NCBI GenBank assembly: GCA_028023455.1
Contig: JAQFVV010000003.1
Location: 7,192,001 to 7,256,000 of the forward strand
Reading direction: 5' to 3'
Length of the DNA stretch: 64,000 bases
From: Epiperipatus broadwayi
Taxonomy: Eukaryota > Animalia > Onychophora
Shown here: piece by piece, positions 36,719 through 52,680 of the stretch
Layout of the letters: each line of letters opens with the position of its first letter
How positions within the stretch are numbered: position 1 is the first letter of the stretch
Notes under the pieces: generated by a model
Told to the model about the DNA's origin: nothing
What the model saw: only the letters and a program-made list of their open reading frames with translations
The model's database searches: none
Program-made: the position numbers and the translations under genes

Positions 36719-39700
36719 AACTATTATAGATTTATATAAATAGTATTTATAAGTTAAATAATTTAAATATATATTTAAATTATTTAAACATATATTTAAA
36801 TATATAATGTGCTGAGTGAAATGATTGAAAAAGAAAATATAAAGAGTCATGCTTTAATACAAATATCATCAATGCAATAAACAAGAAAGACTCATGCATT
36901 GCATTATCATGTAAATGGTATGTTTAAATTATTTATCTTATAAATTATATTTATATAAACTTATATTAGTTCTATGGATATGACTGACCTGATTGAAAGT
37001 AGTAATTTTGAATAAATTATAATCTTTCTAGCATAGTATATATCGCTATTTATTTTGCTATATTTAAATTAAGGAAATAAGAAATATTATTGTGTTATAA
37101 TTTAATTAATTTAAAATATATTTACAAAATGAAATTTTATCTTGCTTTACCAAAAACTATACTTTCCAATTAAATTTTTTTCCATATCTGTAATTTAATA
37201 GTCAGTGCTGCCTACTTTTTGCTTTTTATGGTATCAATTGAAAACAATTGCAATATATATTTCCATGCATTTTTATATTGGAAATTACAATATTTTTTAA
37301 AAACAATTAAAACAAAAAAAAATCTATACAAAAAGAAAAAAAAAATCATGCTAAATTCTTCAAGATTCATGGAACATTTATTGAGGTATAAAGTCAAAAA
37401 CAAACTTTCACATTTATATAATAATATAGATTAAATAGTTCAACAAAAATTGTATTTTAAGTAATGTATATATTTTACATATTTTCAATTCATTTTCAGT
37501 GCACTTTAATTCTGTCTATAATGAAAGTTTATTTTTAATTAGATGCTGAATAAAATTTGAATTTTTTTTTGTGTGTGGAGATTGTTTGCATTCGTGATGA
37601 AAATCGTTTTTTGCTTTCAGTGGTTCAGAAATTGGAGTACAAGGATACTATAAAAATAGGTGTGTTATATTTTTTACTTATTGTAATCGCACTTTATTAT
37701 TGTACATTTCTAAATTTGTTTGGAATTATATAATGAATTTTTTGGAATGAATCTATTTTATCATATAAGAATAACATTGCGTTTATAGCATCAGTATTTT
37801 ATGATGTCAGTAGTCTTATAAAATAGCAACCATTTAAACAAACTGTGGATATTTTTAAAAAATATATTAACATGTTTTTATAGATCACTGCATGACTATG
37901 GCAAATCCTTTAAAGGCTCCTTGCATGTAGCATGCAGAATGTGTATTAGATAAACTCATTTTTTTATTTCATTATTAATTAGTAAATTGCCTATGTAACT
38001 TTTTTTTTTATATATTGAATTTATTTTAATATTAAATTTATATTTTTTATCTATGTTATTTCATTATTATTATTATAGTTATTTATATCCATAAAACTTG
38101 TAAAAATTCTATTTTTATTATCATTATTGATTTTACCATTTATTTTATTAATATAGTTTATTTATATCGATAAGAAACATTAATAGTTGCCTCTTTCTTT
38201 TAGTTCAATTTTACTTTTTAATATTTTATTATACCAAAGAAAACAAGGGGGGTTTTGTTGTAATATTTTATTATCTGTTTACGTTTAATTTTACTTTTTA
38301 ATATTTTATTATTTGAATATATTTAATTGCAATTTGTAATTATATTTTCTTAAATTATTTTCTTTATGTTTAAATTCCAGTTTGTTAATTCTCAATAATA
38401 TATTTCTGTTATATATATAAATCAGGATTTATTATTATATTTCCTTTAATTGTTATTTATTAATTACAATATCCATAAAGTTAAAATTACTATTTATTTC
38501 CTTTTCCACTTTGAATTTTATGTTGTTTACATATATATAATCATAAAATATCTCACAGTTTCTTTTATTATTTTTAAAAATTAAAAATAATCAATATTTA
38601 AAATTACAAAGGGTATTTTATATTTACACTTTCTTTTATATTTAATTCGGGATGGGTTTTTTTTTTGTGTGTGTATGTATACGATTTTTATTTTAACTTA
38701 TAAATGTTTATGTGTAATAATAAAATTATAGAGTGAAGTGTTGTGCAATGAACATAACTGGCTTCATATATACATTCTCTAAATAGTAAGCTCATTCAGT
38801 GAAATATAGAAATGCAAGTGTTTTAGTATAATCAGTTACAAACCCATGCCTACAGCAGAATTACCACCTAATACAACTATTTTAAAAATATAATATAAAA
38901 TCAAAGATATTAATGTAAATATATATAATTAATTTGCTATATTTAGCTTTTATACACTGTATTGTATATAAATTTAAAAGTTCAATTATAGTGATAACTA
39001 AAACTGAACTTTTAAAGATAAAAAATATTACATTGATGTTTTCATTTGCCACTAATCTACATTAATAAAAGACTTAATTTGTCCCACAACATTACAATGT
39101 GAACTGCTTAATCTCAAAATTCTCCTTACAACCTATACACTTTTTAATCCCTTATTTTTTAAAAAGATATTCATTTTCAGAACTTATATTTTTGATAGCT
39201 TTACCACTTTTTCACTTAAAAAAGCATTTTTTTTTACTGGTATGCATAGCACTTCTTTTAATTTTTTTTTCTTGCATATGACTATCATTGTAATGCAGAA
39301 AACACTATGCAAAATAATTTTTTTAAAAAATATAGCATTTTCATTGCTAAAAATATAAATAAAAGAATATTAAACTGATAACTCAATCCTTAGAAAATAT
39401 AAGGAAGATATACAGAACTGATCACAAACATTTTATGCATGTTGAGCTATGTCGACTAATGGTATTGCATCACAACATTTATGTTCATTGCCAGATTCGA
39501 CTTTATGGCAGAAATTGTTTACATTATTTTAGTAAAGCAGAAAGATAAACTTTTTTTCATTTTAAAAATATTTTTTTCATTTTTTTGTTATTTCTAAAAA
39601 AAATTTTATAAATAATTTTATTTTGCTACAAATCCTCAAAAATTAATTATATAGTTTAGCATTATTAATTTAAAATATATTTGTTTGTGGAAAACACATA

Positions 39701-40088
39701 AAAAATGTATTACTTTTAAGGTTAATGCATTTTAATATTGTAATTAATGAAATTATATATTTTATCTAAAAATTTAATTATATGGTATATCATTGGTAAA
39801 ATAAATGTAAGTAACTCAAATATGGTTTAAAAAGTAACAGTCTGATGTTTGATAAGACAATTTACAGTGAAAAGATTAGAGGGTTTTGTAAATGATGCAA
39901 ATAATTTGAATTAGGCAAATTAAATTGTTAATTAAATCTTAGAAAATATGTTCATTTTAAAATTTGGTAGTCAGTATTTGAACCATAATTTAGTGACAAA
40001 CAGTGTACCAATGACTTGTACATTGCAGAAGATATCCATTATATAGGATTCCATTGCATATAAAATGAACAATTAGTACTAAAGTTAA

Positions 40089-40224
<136 letters not shown>

Positions 40225-41785
40225 AACTATATTAATAAAATAAAATAAAAACTATTACAATAATCTTCTTTAAAAAAAATGAACTTAAAAAAAACAATGT
40301 GTTAAATAATTTTTACATATCTCTTCTCTTTTTACAGAAAAAATATCTCTCCACCATCATCAGATTAGTCAATTGTTAGTTGGAATGGTTTTTTTAATGT
40401 TATTTTCTGCTTTTATTCTCTATATAAGAATATTTAGATATCTATTTAGAACCAGTAATTGGATATTTAATTGGATTATTTATAGCCTAACTAGCTAAAA
40501 AAATCTAAACTTTATTGGAAATCCTCAGATACTTGAGGAAAAAAGTTCTAAGTTCTATCCAGAGTTGAGTCTAAGTCGCAGGTGTGGCTTCATTAAAAAA
40601 TCATTATACAATAATCTTTCCCCCTAATAATGTAAAACGTTTGTTCTTGAATTATATATAAGATCTGAATTAATGATATATAACGTAATCAAATATTTCA
40701 GTTAAAAAAATTAGTAAAGAATAAAGAATTTAGAATGACTGGCTAGTGTTTTCTACATATAAGTGTTAAAAATGTGGAGTTTGAACATAATATTCTTCAA
40801 ACTTTATATCAATAGCATTGTTGTATAAATTAACATTAATTTACAAAAAAAGTTTGTGTTTAATAATAAATCAAATATTGCTTGCACTATTATATATGAA
40901 ATATACAAACACCAGTATTATAAATAAATGAAAGAAATCGAATGAATATCAAATCATCAAAATGTCATTATAAGATAATAATAAAAAAGAGCAATATCTA
41001 ATATTTTATTTCTCAGTAACATGAAGTGCTTCAATATTCTAATTCATAATATTTAATAAATTATATTAAAATATCTTTATTCATATATTTTAAAAGAATG
41101 TTTGGTGGTGTGGAGATTATTAAGTACATCTATTTAATAAATTATATAAAGCAATTTATTTGTTTTAGTCATATTTAATTAGTAAGAGTTATAATAAAAA
41201 AAAAAATAGAATTAATTTCTTATTTAACTAGAATATTATTTATTCATATACTTTATTAATTTTTAAAAAGCAATATATTAGTAATTGTGAATTTCATCTG
41301 ATACATTACTCATTATAAGGTTTATAAAAATAGTTTTGATTATAATCTCTATCTATCAAATTAAAGCTGAATTAGTGTTTATTAAATATAAATAAGCATC
41401 GTATTTATTAATAATTGTGCATATTTAATCTTTCATATTTTTAAATAAAGCAAATATAATCTGTTTATATAAAATCAATTTTTTGTATATATTGATTTAT
41501 AGTTAGTGATATTTAAGAGCTTTATACAATTGATAAAGTGGATTCCTCTGAAACCATCATGAGAGCTTTGTATTATTATAGTTTATAATTCAAAAGACTC
41601 TCCAAGTTCAGTCCCATTTCTCTGATCTACAGTATCTCTTAACTTATGGTGGGCTAATAAACAACTCAATAGTCTTGTTTATAATACATATATACATGTG
41701 TGTACAAATAAATCATAAAAATATTTAGCACATTCTATTATGTAGATATACTTTTAAAATCATAAGCAAGTCATCCAATTCTTTC

Positions 41786-41827
41786 ACATTATATACGTAA
41801 TTTGGCTCACCAGCCTCTTCAAATTAT
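41786..41827 (-). ncRNA. Decayed hammerhead-like motif
   Basis: Minus strand TTGAAGA-GGCT-ggtg-AGCC-AAAT-TACGTAT-A-TAATG. Perfect stem II and the TACGTAT stem III also seen in family A; three core substitutions. Confidence 0.5.
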
Positions 41828-42018
41828 GTTAGAGATCTTGAAGATCTACCAAATGTTATTAATATAATAATAGCTCTTATTTTTTATATAATAAATATCT
41901 CAAAGCAATATCACACAAACCCACTCTCATTAATATGCAAATGACTCTAATCGATTTCTAAGAATGAAATACAAATAAACAGCAAGCAAATTAAAAATGA
42001 CCATATATATATATATAT

Positions 42019-42170
42019 CTGGATTTAAAGACAAGTGCTGGGTTTTGAGTTGGTATTTTTAGATCTAATGTCTGAATGTCCCAGCACATCACTGATGTGA
42101 ACCAAAAGCTTGAAACCAGTCTGAAGATAGGGGTTATTCTGGATACTGATTTTTAAATACTTTCTCTTAT
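42019..42170 (+). mobile_element. Family C-related fragment with decayed HHR at 42089-42124
   Basis: 42025-42085 aligns to the reverse complement of about 28030-28095. HHR reads TCA-CTGATGT-GAAC-caaaa-GCTT-GAAAC-CA-GTC-TGA. Right boundary approximate. Confidence 0.65.
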
Positions 42171-42587
42171 CGTACTTATCAATGAAAGCTTGTTAAAACT
42201 ATTAGTACATTCCCTATATTACATATCTATGACTTGCTTTTTCGATTATATATATAGATATAATCTATACATATAAAATTCTGTTTATTTTAAAAATTGT
42301 TTACCTTCTTTTCCTGAACATAAGATATATGACAAGTAACTGGATAGTTTTAAATCTTTTTTTTTCTATTAAAAATCAGTCTCAGAATTATTTTAAACAA
42401 TATTGGAAGACAACAGCAAATGTAAAAAAAAATGTTTCAAATAATACAAAAATCTTTTCTGAAAACAATGCATCTTACAATGTTTAGAATCAACTCACAC
42501 CTTCAATTTACATGTCAAAATCAACCTCTGGGCAGACAAATCAAGAATTATAAATCTATTCTATAATAAATTAATAAATATGGAATC

Positions 42588-42674
42588 TAAACAGAGCAAA
42601 ACTCTCCATACAGTATTGCCACCTGTTTATCAACAATTAATGTGCTAGTATAGGAAATGTGATCATGTGATGAA
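42588..42674 (-). mobile_element. Very short family B copy: 3' terminal piece plus inverted piece
   Basis: AAACAGAGCAAAACTCTCCATACAGTATTGCCA (B terminus) followed by CAATTAATGTGCTAGTATAGGAAATGTGATCATGTGATG (reverse complement of about 1508-1547). Confidence 0.7.
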
Positions 42675-45600
42675 ATATGGAATCTCTTAAACAACTGGTC
42701 TATTATATAAAACAAAAGAAGTAAGTTATAATTGTCTGCTTGATTATTAGAATCTAGATCAAGTTATTGACAAGTTGATCTGCAATATTTTATAAAAAAA
42801 AAAATAATACAATTAATGTTAGGGCTATAACAATAATCTTTATAAATATCCATTTATAAAGATACAATAAAACTTTTCAATAAATCAGGTGATATTTAAA
42901 GATCATTCAATTATCACTTAGAATTCACCATGAGGTACAATCCTATTTAAGCATTATATTAAATAGATATTTAATAAATTCACAAAAAAGGTGTCAGTGT
43001 GTTTAATGTTTTAATATATATTCTATGGTCAATCCTCTATATGTGTAAATTCAACTTTTACAAAATCTAGACATATGAAATTAAATCTTTTTAATATAAT
43101 CTCAAGTCATTAAGCTCTCATTTCCTATGTATCCATGTAGTGTGAGCATCTGTTGTGTTATAATGTGATGTTTATTTTGATTTGTAAAAATATATTTACA
43201 TATTTTGAATCTGAATATATATATATATATGAGTTATATAAAATGCAATTTATGCAAAAAAAAAAAAATCATGAAATGGTTCCCTTATACAAGTAAAGTA
43301 CTGCCTATGTTATTTTTCTTAATCCTAAAGATTTACAATCTCTTCTGACAATAACTAATGACAGTTATTTCAATATATTACTTTCTGAAATTGAATATAC
43401 ATTTAAATAACTTTCTCTGATCAGTTGTAGATAAACACAAAGTACAGACATTCCATTAAAACTTTAATAAAGATGAATACAAAAGTTATATTACAAATTT
43501 ACAAGTCAATTTCTTTTCAACTGATTATTATGACCATATAGGAATTTATTCATTTTTTCTTTGCTGTTCATAATATTCTCAAAGCTTTTCCCCAATACTA
43601 CAATTAAACTTTATAAATCTTTTTTTATTGCTCAATTTTTTACCATACTTTGAAAAATTCTGATCTTTATTTTTTAATGATACATTCCTACATCTAAAGA
43701 TTTTATTTTACAAATATGCAGCTTTCATAATTTTAAATAAATGATAAAACGATTATTTTTTACAATTTGGATATAATTGTATATTAATTTAATCTATGTT
43801 AAATTAGCTACACAGATTTATGATTTCAAATATTTATTTACAAGTGGCAACAAATATTTGATCATCATCAGTAGAATGTTTCTTTTGCTTTCCACCAACT
43901 ATCAAAACAATATTCATTGTAAATTAATAATCCCAACAGGAGGAAATACAAAATATAATAATAATAATATATATATAAACAGTGACATAATTTCTTGCTT
44001 GAAAATGCTCTAATAATTTTATTTAAGTGAAAAGTGTGATATTTTTTTCTTTACTCAATGGAGAATAGACCAAAATCTTTAGCTTTTGGGATGGCCACTC
44101 TATTCTTATACTAGGGTGTGCTACAGTGAACAGTGTAAATATACTTTTATGAAATATTGATTAAATTTTAGCAACCTGGAATAGCCTTATCCTTTCCGTC
44201 TATTTAAAAGTTCATAATTAAAAGCAAAAAAAAAAAATGAAAATTTTTATAAACAGATGAAACAGGGATAACCTATATTTTTTATAAAATGACATAATAA
44301 TATCTTCGAAGCAAAATACAAAAAAAAAAACTGAAAAACTGATTCCTAAAAGTGATAACTGGGAATGAAATCCAATAACTCTTTCAATCTCATTCTTAAA
44401 TATTTGTCAAACTGTCTACAGTAAAAGGCATAAAAGCATGGCTAAATTTTAACTCAATATTAACTAAATGGAGTTTTAAAATCAGTTTCTCTCTTAAGAA
44501 ACGCAAACTTAAAAAAAATCCACTAGAGATTGTATAGATGTATGTCAAAGTTTCATTCAACGCTAACAACATTTACATTTTTTTGGTTAAACATCAATAT
44601 ATATATATATGCAAGATACTTAAATATTAAAAAAAAAATCCAAAATAATAATGTTTGAAGAAAAAAGTGGTTTGCTATCACTCCACAAATAGTGATGGCC
44701 GCATCACATTACAGTAATTTATATTTTTATTGTTCAATATGTTAGATTGACATATATCTGATCAAGCTAGATTAGTATGGGATCTTTATCCTCTAGTTAT
44801 CTAGATACCCAATAACTAACTACTATTAGATATATAACTGAATTGACTGTAGAATATCTATTTATTAACTATTAGATAATTAGCTGAATTGATTGTGAAA
44901 TAAACTATTTGAAAGAAATGCTTAGTATGTTTGTGACTTAAGCTCACCCAGACTGAATTTGAATCCCAATCATGGTCATGTTATGTAGATTTACTAACGA
45001 TTATGTTATGAAGTCTTTGTTGACTTTTATACTCTTAACATTAGACATAAATAAATTATGAACATTTGACTCGGCCGGTCAAACGGCTGCTTATTTTCTA
45101 CTCTAAAATGATACACTGAAGATTTTGGTCTTGTAAGAAATGTGATGATGATGATTCATTGCTTTCCTATTAATAATTAAAGGTATTGTAGTGTCTAAAT
45201 GCTCCACAACTAAATTCTGTCTAATATAATTGTTTCCAATTGACAGTGTACAACTTGGTTGGTCTGACAGTATTCCTTTCCACTTAGATTTAATAGCTTT
45301 AGGGTAATATTTTTGGGTTTTTATATACAAAGTTTTTCATAATTATTTGAACCATTTATAAGAAAGTTTCTGCACAGGTTCACCATAATTAGTAGAAGCT
45401 AACTGATTCCCGGATATCTGAGCACATTATCAACTCATATCCAAAATTTAATTCCAATAGAACAAATAATATTGTTTGGATGCTTTTTATAAAAGCTAAT
45501 AAATGAAGAATATCATTTTTATTGCAGACAACAATCAAAAATATCTTAATTTATGCAGATCACAATCAGGTCAATCTATATAGCAATACAAAGCTTTTGT

Positions 45601-48600
45601 CTCACTGTTTCATCGTAAATTCAAACTTCTGTGCTATAATCTACATCATATCACTTTAAAAAGCTGTATGATAGTTATCATTCAATACAAAAACATTATC
45701 TATGGAAGGCAAGAGAATAATTAGATAAGAGAGTACTATAACAAAATAATAAGACTAGCTTTGCCACCCACTTAATGCCATTTGCTTTAGCATTTGTATT
45801 ATATGCCTATATTAAATAAACTCTGAAATGAAATATTATTTAAGATAATAATTATATAATTAAAATAAAATGTAATTGTGGGGCTTAAAAAAATGAGTTC
45901 TCTACATAATTAATTTGATATGAATTTCAGATTAAAGCAAGTATTTATCACCCTCTCCCACCGATGGTAATTTTTCACAATATAATATGGATATTGATAC
46001 TACTGGATAAAGATAATCCCTTTAACTTCTTTATTTAAAAAAATTACAAACTTTGATAAATTTGTGCAAATAATGATTAAGCATTGTTACTTGGCCATAT
46101 TAAGTTTCTAACTATGTAATTGCATTTGCCCTTATATGGGAATAACCTAAATTAATAACTATGCCAATGGTCATCAAAGTCATTGATTTTAGTGTCTTAT
46201 TGTCTAGATTTAACTATGTATTCAGATAAAAATAATAATAATATACTATAATGCTTATATAAAATAGAATATATCTTTAATGTAAAAGCAAACACAAATT
46301 TTTACATTCTAATATATACTGTATTTCTCATCTCAGATTAAATTATTTGTCTTTCAAAGTTTAATTTAAAAAACAATTAAGTTTGAGTCTGTAATCTAAT
46401 ATTAGAGATTAACAGACTATTCTTTATGACATTAAGGCTTGTTAAACTAATCAAAACATACTGCTAAAGAACAATTTACTTTGCATTTCTTCAGCTGATG
46501 TTTCTCATGAGATTACGATTAATGCATTAAAAATTCAAAACAATAATCGAGGCAAAATGTATCAAAGAAATGAACGGAAGAAATAGTTCTGTAGATAGTT
46601 TTTTATATTATTAAAAATTAATTATACAATCAAACTTTAAAAAATTATTTTTTAAAAAAAAAATCACTCTTAATTTTTCGCATAATATTTCAAAATTTTG
46701 CTAATAATATATATAAAGTGTGATGTATAGAATAGATTGACAACTGAACTCTGATAGAACAAGGTCACAAATTTTTCAGATAGGTAACAAATCCCAAAAA
46801 AATCTCAATATTTTTTTAAGCAATTGATCATAATCTATTCAGCTGCCCAGCCGTTAATGATAAATAAATGGATATTTAGATACTATTGACCTGAGATAAA
46901 ACTTCTTGGTTAATGTGCATTGTGCAAATAAATATCAATGCATTAAACGTAAAAATAAAAACTGCAGTTCTGATACAGATTTTGTCATTGTTTTGGGGGA
47001 AATATAATACTACTACAGATGCAGAGCACAAAGCTACCATTCAGTAGGTGGTCTTAACAAAAGTTCAATCTAGTGTAATCCCAAATATATATATATATAT
47101 AGAGAGAGAGAGAAAGAAAAAAATATCTTTTTCATACTAACAGACCCTCACTTATAAAATAAGAATGTCATTGAACTTACTTAAAATTATGAAAAGTGTT
47201 ATATACATATATTATATGAACTGTATCATGTTATGAACATATACACCTGTTTCTTATGTTAACACTATACTTCTGTCCTAATATAATGTAGAAAACATAA
47301 ACACATACTATTTCTTTAACAGATAAAAATAAATAGATAAGTTTAGTTTCATGAAGTGTGAGAAAAAAAATCAAATCTGGTTTTTAATTAGTTGGAGCAT
47401 AAGAATCCCAAAAGTGCTTTAATGCTTCAAGACTGATGATCTACATTTAAAATCTGTTTTTACTGAATGATCATTGACTATTATAAAAATACAAAGGCAA
47501 AAAAATCTGCAACAATAACTCAAATCATTGCAGAATTCAACAAACATCTGCCCTTTTTAATATCTTCCAAATCACTTCAAATTTTACAAACAAAATGCTT
47601 ATATTCAAATGTTCTTTTATTGCCATTGTTTTCTGATATAAATGCTACATTGTAAAGTAATAGTGATACAAGTATAATAATGGGACAATAAATGACCAGA
47701 AACATATCATTGGTGAAGTTTTTATGATCACCAAAAAAATCTTATCAATCAGACTACTATATTTTAATAAAAAAAAAACCATGTGAAAGAGTCATAATAA
47801 GAGTAGACATATTATGATATATTTTTTATTCTATTGTTATACTGCACAAATACATCATAGGTGCAGAGTATTTGAGCATTTAAAGAGATCAGTTTCATAC
47901 CTTTGTGTAAACACTGTTTCCAGACATATTATCACATTCTAAGAATGACAATATCCTATTTACAGCCTCTACTATCAATTGTTGTTTTTGTTCATAATGT
48001 TATCTATCTTTATAATCTCAGTAGTCACTTGATTTTAGATATTAATAAGCCATAGAGGACCATTCTTGAAAAATAAATAATAATATCTTTCATTAACATC
48101 TCTAAGAACTCGAGACATTTCATTATGAAAAATGATTTAAAATAGTTAATATTCCTCTGAATATTGAAATGTTATATAATTCCACTCCATTAAAAAAATA
48201 AGCAGTTCTAAATGTAAATGGTTAACATATTTTATATTAAAAGTATTAGATATGTTCTTATTACTTTTTTTATACTTTGTATATATATATAACCATAACT
48301 TTTTAAATATCTGTAAGCGAAAAGTTGAAGTAACTATCTCTGTCTGAATTATGCAATGTCAAAACCCATGAAAAGATAAAATGATATCTTTAGGTTCTAT
48401 TGTTATATATATATAAAATTTAAAAGTGTCTAACACTATACTAGTAATAAATAAAATACAAAACCATAAAAGAATACAATACTAGATTAGGGAAGTTGTT
48501 TTTTGAAATGAATTATGGGAAGGTTTGTTTGTTTTGAATATATATGTTGCTTCTTTAGTTTGATTTTCACTTGAGAAGGTCTATTTGTTTAGAAGATGAA

Positions 48601-51600
48601 ATCATGGTCATGTAAGGATTTGGGTAAAATTTGGATTTTTATCTAGTATTGTATTGTTTTATGGTTTCACATTTTATATATATATAAGTTATATAATATT
48701 TTGATAAAAATACTATTCTTTAGTCAAATATCTGTATGCCTACCCTTCTGCTGACAACAGATTCCAAACTACTATATTTTCATATATCAAACAAAGCCCA
48801 TATGTCATCCTCAGCCTACTTTCAATATCTGCATTAGGAATAATGATTCATTTTTTTTATTCTATTTCAATAGATGGCACTTAAATATGTTCAATAATGA
48901 AATAATACTCTTAGAGCAGAGTGATTGTTTGGGTTTAAATCTAAATGTCATTATCTTAATATTATAACAAGTATAAGGCTATTTTATGTGATTTTCCTAA
49001 ACAAAACCCAAATAAAAGTCTGAAGACCCTACTAATCAACATCTGATGGCTAAAACTTATGAGAAAATTTTCGAAATAAATCAAGGAATTAATAAAAATG
49101 TCACTATTAATTGGTGCATAAAAAATTGGATATAAGAATCGAATAATATTTCTATTTGAGGAATTTACATATCCTGATTTGAAAATAGATGGGATTTAAA
49201 AGAAATATTTTGAGAAAATTTTGATAAGAACAAATATGAAAATAACTATAAGTCTTCCAAATAGACTTTTTATTCAACCATAATCTATCAAATGGTTAAG
49301 CCAGTATGAAAAGTTATCAGTTTTTAAAAAAAATTCAGACTGATTCTCATAATAGCGTAAAAATTTCCCATAACTGGCTAATGGCCTATCATCTTATAAG
49401 TTTTTACAATAATCATATACAATAGTCTTAATCATCAATATTGTAACTTAATTTCTAATATATATGATTTCTATGACCATTAGACATAAACCTTTCATAC
49501 AGCACAATAAATTCATATGATACTTGCATATGAATATACTGATTGCTGGAATGATAATTAAAAAAATAATAATAAATGGACTGATTGTCAATGTTATGAT
49601 TATGACTAAATATAAATAATTTGAAGATTATGTTGACAGAGATGGCAAATAGATATCAACTTGTTAATGCATTCATAAAAGTCACATATTGCTGGAACAA
49701 TCATTAACAACATACGGGCCAACAGTCAAGATGGTCATCACAGATTGACAATGAGAAAAATTGTGATCAAAAATTTAAAAAGAATTTTTAGATATAGGAT
49801 TATATTTTTAAAACAAACATCTGAATTGTTAAAATTTTATATTTTTCCATGGATGTGATGACTGGACTTTGAAAAATGATATAAAAAATAAGTGCTAGTG
49901 AAGATATTTGTTACACCAAGAGCAGTACAGATAATGTGAACTTTCATTTAAAGCACCATTAGTCATATTAAAATTTTATGTTGGTCATATTATAAAAACT
50001 TGTGATTATACTGATGGATTATAGAAATCTTAAAATCAAACATGATGGGCTATTGTAGAATAATACCTTTCATATGAAGACTAGGCATAAGTTTTATTTT
50101 ATGAATCAAAAAGAACAACTGCCATGATTTTATAAAACTTACACAATTCCTTAATTGATCAGGTTTGTAACCCTGAATATAAAAAAAGATAAAATATCTT
50201 TTAAATAAACAATTGTAGAGCAAAGGTTTCTCACATAACTTTTTACAGAGAAACAACAAAAAATAAGATAATGCTCTTCAGGCAATTCAAATGCCAGGAT
50301 ATGGGGATTTAGTTTTTTGCTTTTAGCTTATCTCTTATTGGTCAATGTTTGAATGATTAGTTGAGTGCTACTTGGAACCAAAAAAAATTATAAATTTTCT
50401 TGAAATCAAAAACAAAAAATCTCTAGGATTCAATTACACTTAAACTCCAAGAAGTGTAAGGCTGATATTTAATCCATTATTGTTGCTGTTGTTGATGTAG
50501 TTGTTGTTGATGATGTTGTTGTTGTTCTATTGTTATTAGTGTTGGTGTCACAATTGACACTAACAATTAATATTTTTCTAAAGCAAGCTGTTCATTAATT
50601 GGTGGCAGTTTATGTTCATTGCTTTTGAATAAAATCTTGGAGTTAAATTTTTCACTTATATCAAAATGTTACTATTTACTTCAGTTAAGGTTGAGATTTA
50701 ACTTCTGGCTTATGACCCAATTTGAACCATAAACTATTTTAATGGTTTTATTCATTTCATTTCATATTTATTATTATTAAGTACTGTCAAGTCATCATGC
50801 CTTCAGGAGATCATGTGAGTTGCATTTCTCTACAATAATCTGTTGACAATTTTTAGATTCTGCAGTGGTGCATTCAGTATTATGATGAAATTCATATATT
50901 ATTGCTAGTTGCTTATTTTTCTTTCAGAATCAACTTCTCTATATATTATATACTTTTCTTATTATCAATGTAAGACAATTCTATTCTGGAAATAAAAGTT
51001 CAGGTGTAATCTCACTAAGTATCCATTTAATCATAGTACTTGCTAGCCACACTATTCCTACTAGTTTTCATTAATGCCACAGACTGAAAAACATATTAAT
51101 GTTTCTACTCTTTTTTACTGTTGATAGAGATTCATTTTATTATTGTCTTATTATATTTTCTATTATAGAATTTCTATAGACATACAATCTATCTTTTTTG
51201 ATTATTTATACAACAAAAATAGTAAATAAAAGTAAAGACAAATATAAATGTTTTAAATTTGAAAAAAATGTCTATATTTTTTTAAATTACAAATAAAATT
51301 CATTATTAATAAGTTTGGCTGGTTAAAATATATAGACCAAGTGGTGAAGGGGAGATAAGTAAATTTTTCTTGATCATCTATGTTGGATTCAAAAGCTAAA
51401 TGTGTTTATATAAAAGCTCCACCTATAATTTTGGTACTTAAAGATCAAATAACAATCTAAGAATCTCATGGTAAAATGTCATTCAAAATCTAATTGAAAC
51501 TCAATTTGTCATCTCTGATGCTCAAATATTCCATGACTTTTAAAGAAACAAGCTAATAAATTATTTTGTCTTGTGAAATTTAGAGCTAAAGATTTCTGCA

Positions 51601-52224
51601 TCAATTCTCAATTTGCAACTTTTGCTATTTGAATGTCATGTGATTGAAAACCATTAATTTTTATTATTATTTCAATTAAAAAACTGTTTCACATTAATCT
51701 CAAGTCATTTTATAAAAGTATTTATAGCCAAATATAACAAATAAAGTTAACAAAAAAAATTTTATCTTTAGTATTTAAAATAAATAGAAATATTTTTATA
51801 ATGAAAGCTTTTATTTATCATTCACTAAAAAGCAAAAAAAAAATTCTTTCTTCAATTATAACTGGACTTTTTATATGTAACTTGAAATAAAAGTATGTGG
51901 AGAGGGTCTAGAAATTAATTAATACAATCCTATTTTTTTATAACAAAAGATTGACTTAATAAATTTCTGGACTCAACACAAATATATACACACTTTTATT
52001 TCATGTTACATATGAAACCTCAATTGTGCTAAAGAAACAACTGTATTTTTTGCAGTGTAAAGTAAAAAAATCATTGATTATAAAATATTATTACATCTGT
52101 TTTATTTACTTTTTAGCATTAAGATTGTAATCAAATGTTTGCTTTTATTTCAATTTTAAAAGATGCTAAAATACTTTTAAGTTTGAAAGTAAAATCATAA
52201 GTATTAAATTATAGTATAATTTTT

Positions 52225-52680
52225 TCACCCATCCACTGCTCTATATTTAAGAAACTAAATACTATACCTAAAATATTTTAGTGTTATATTGCATTGCCAG
52301 TGATTTATAAAAATTGTACTAAATTTGAACAAATTAATTGAATATTAATGTATTAAATCTCAATTTTAAAATTTTATTCTAATTTCAATAAAAACATGTA
52401 ACGGAAACAGCAAATTTAACAATATATAATGTCCTCTCATGTATATTACTGAAAACTTTTTTAATTTTTTCACAACTAATTTTAATTTTAATATCAAAAT
52501 ATTTCAAATTTCATATGCCCACTGATCTGTATTTAAGAAATCAATTAACCCACCTAAAATATTTTAATGTCATATTGCATTGTCAGTGATTTATAGTGCC
52601 AAATTTCAAGAAATTCTATTTTATATAAATATATTAAACTATGATTTTAAAATTTTATTCCAATTTAAATAAAAGTGCTT
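52225..52680. repeat. Diverged tandem duplication, period about 290 bp
   Basis: CCACTG..CT.TATTTAAGAAA....CCTAAAATATTTTA.TGT.ATATTGCATTG.CAGTGATTTATA occurs at about 52232 and about 52519. Confidence 0.75.

Noticed and set aside
45072-45101. GC hairpin CGGCCG-gtcaaa-CGGCTG followed by CTAC, like a Helitron 3' end
   Set aside because: Terminus is not CTRR, and no 5' TC end or second copy was identified.
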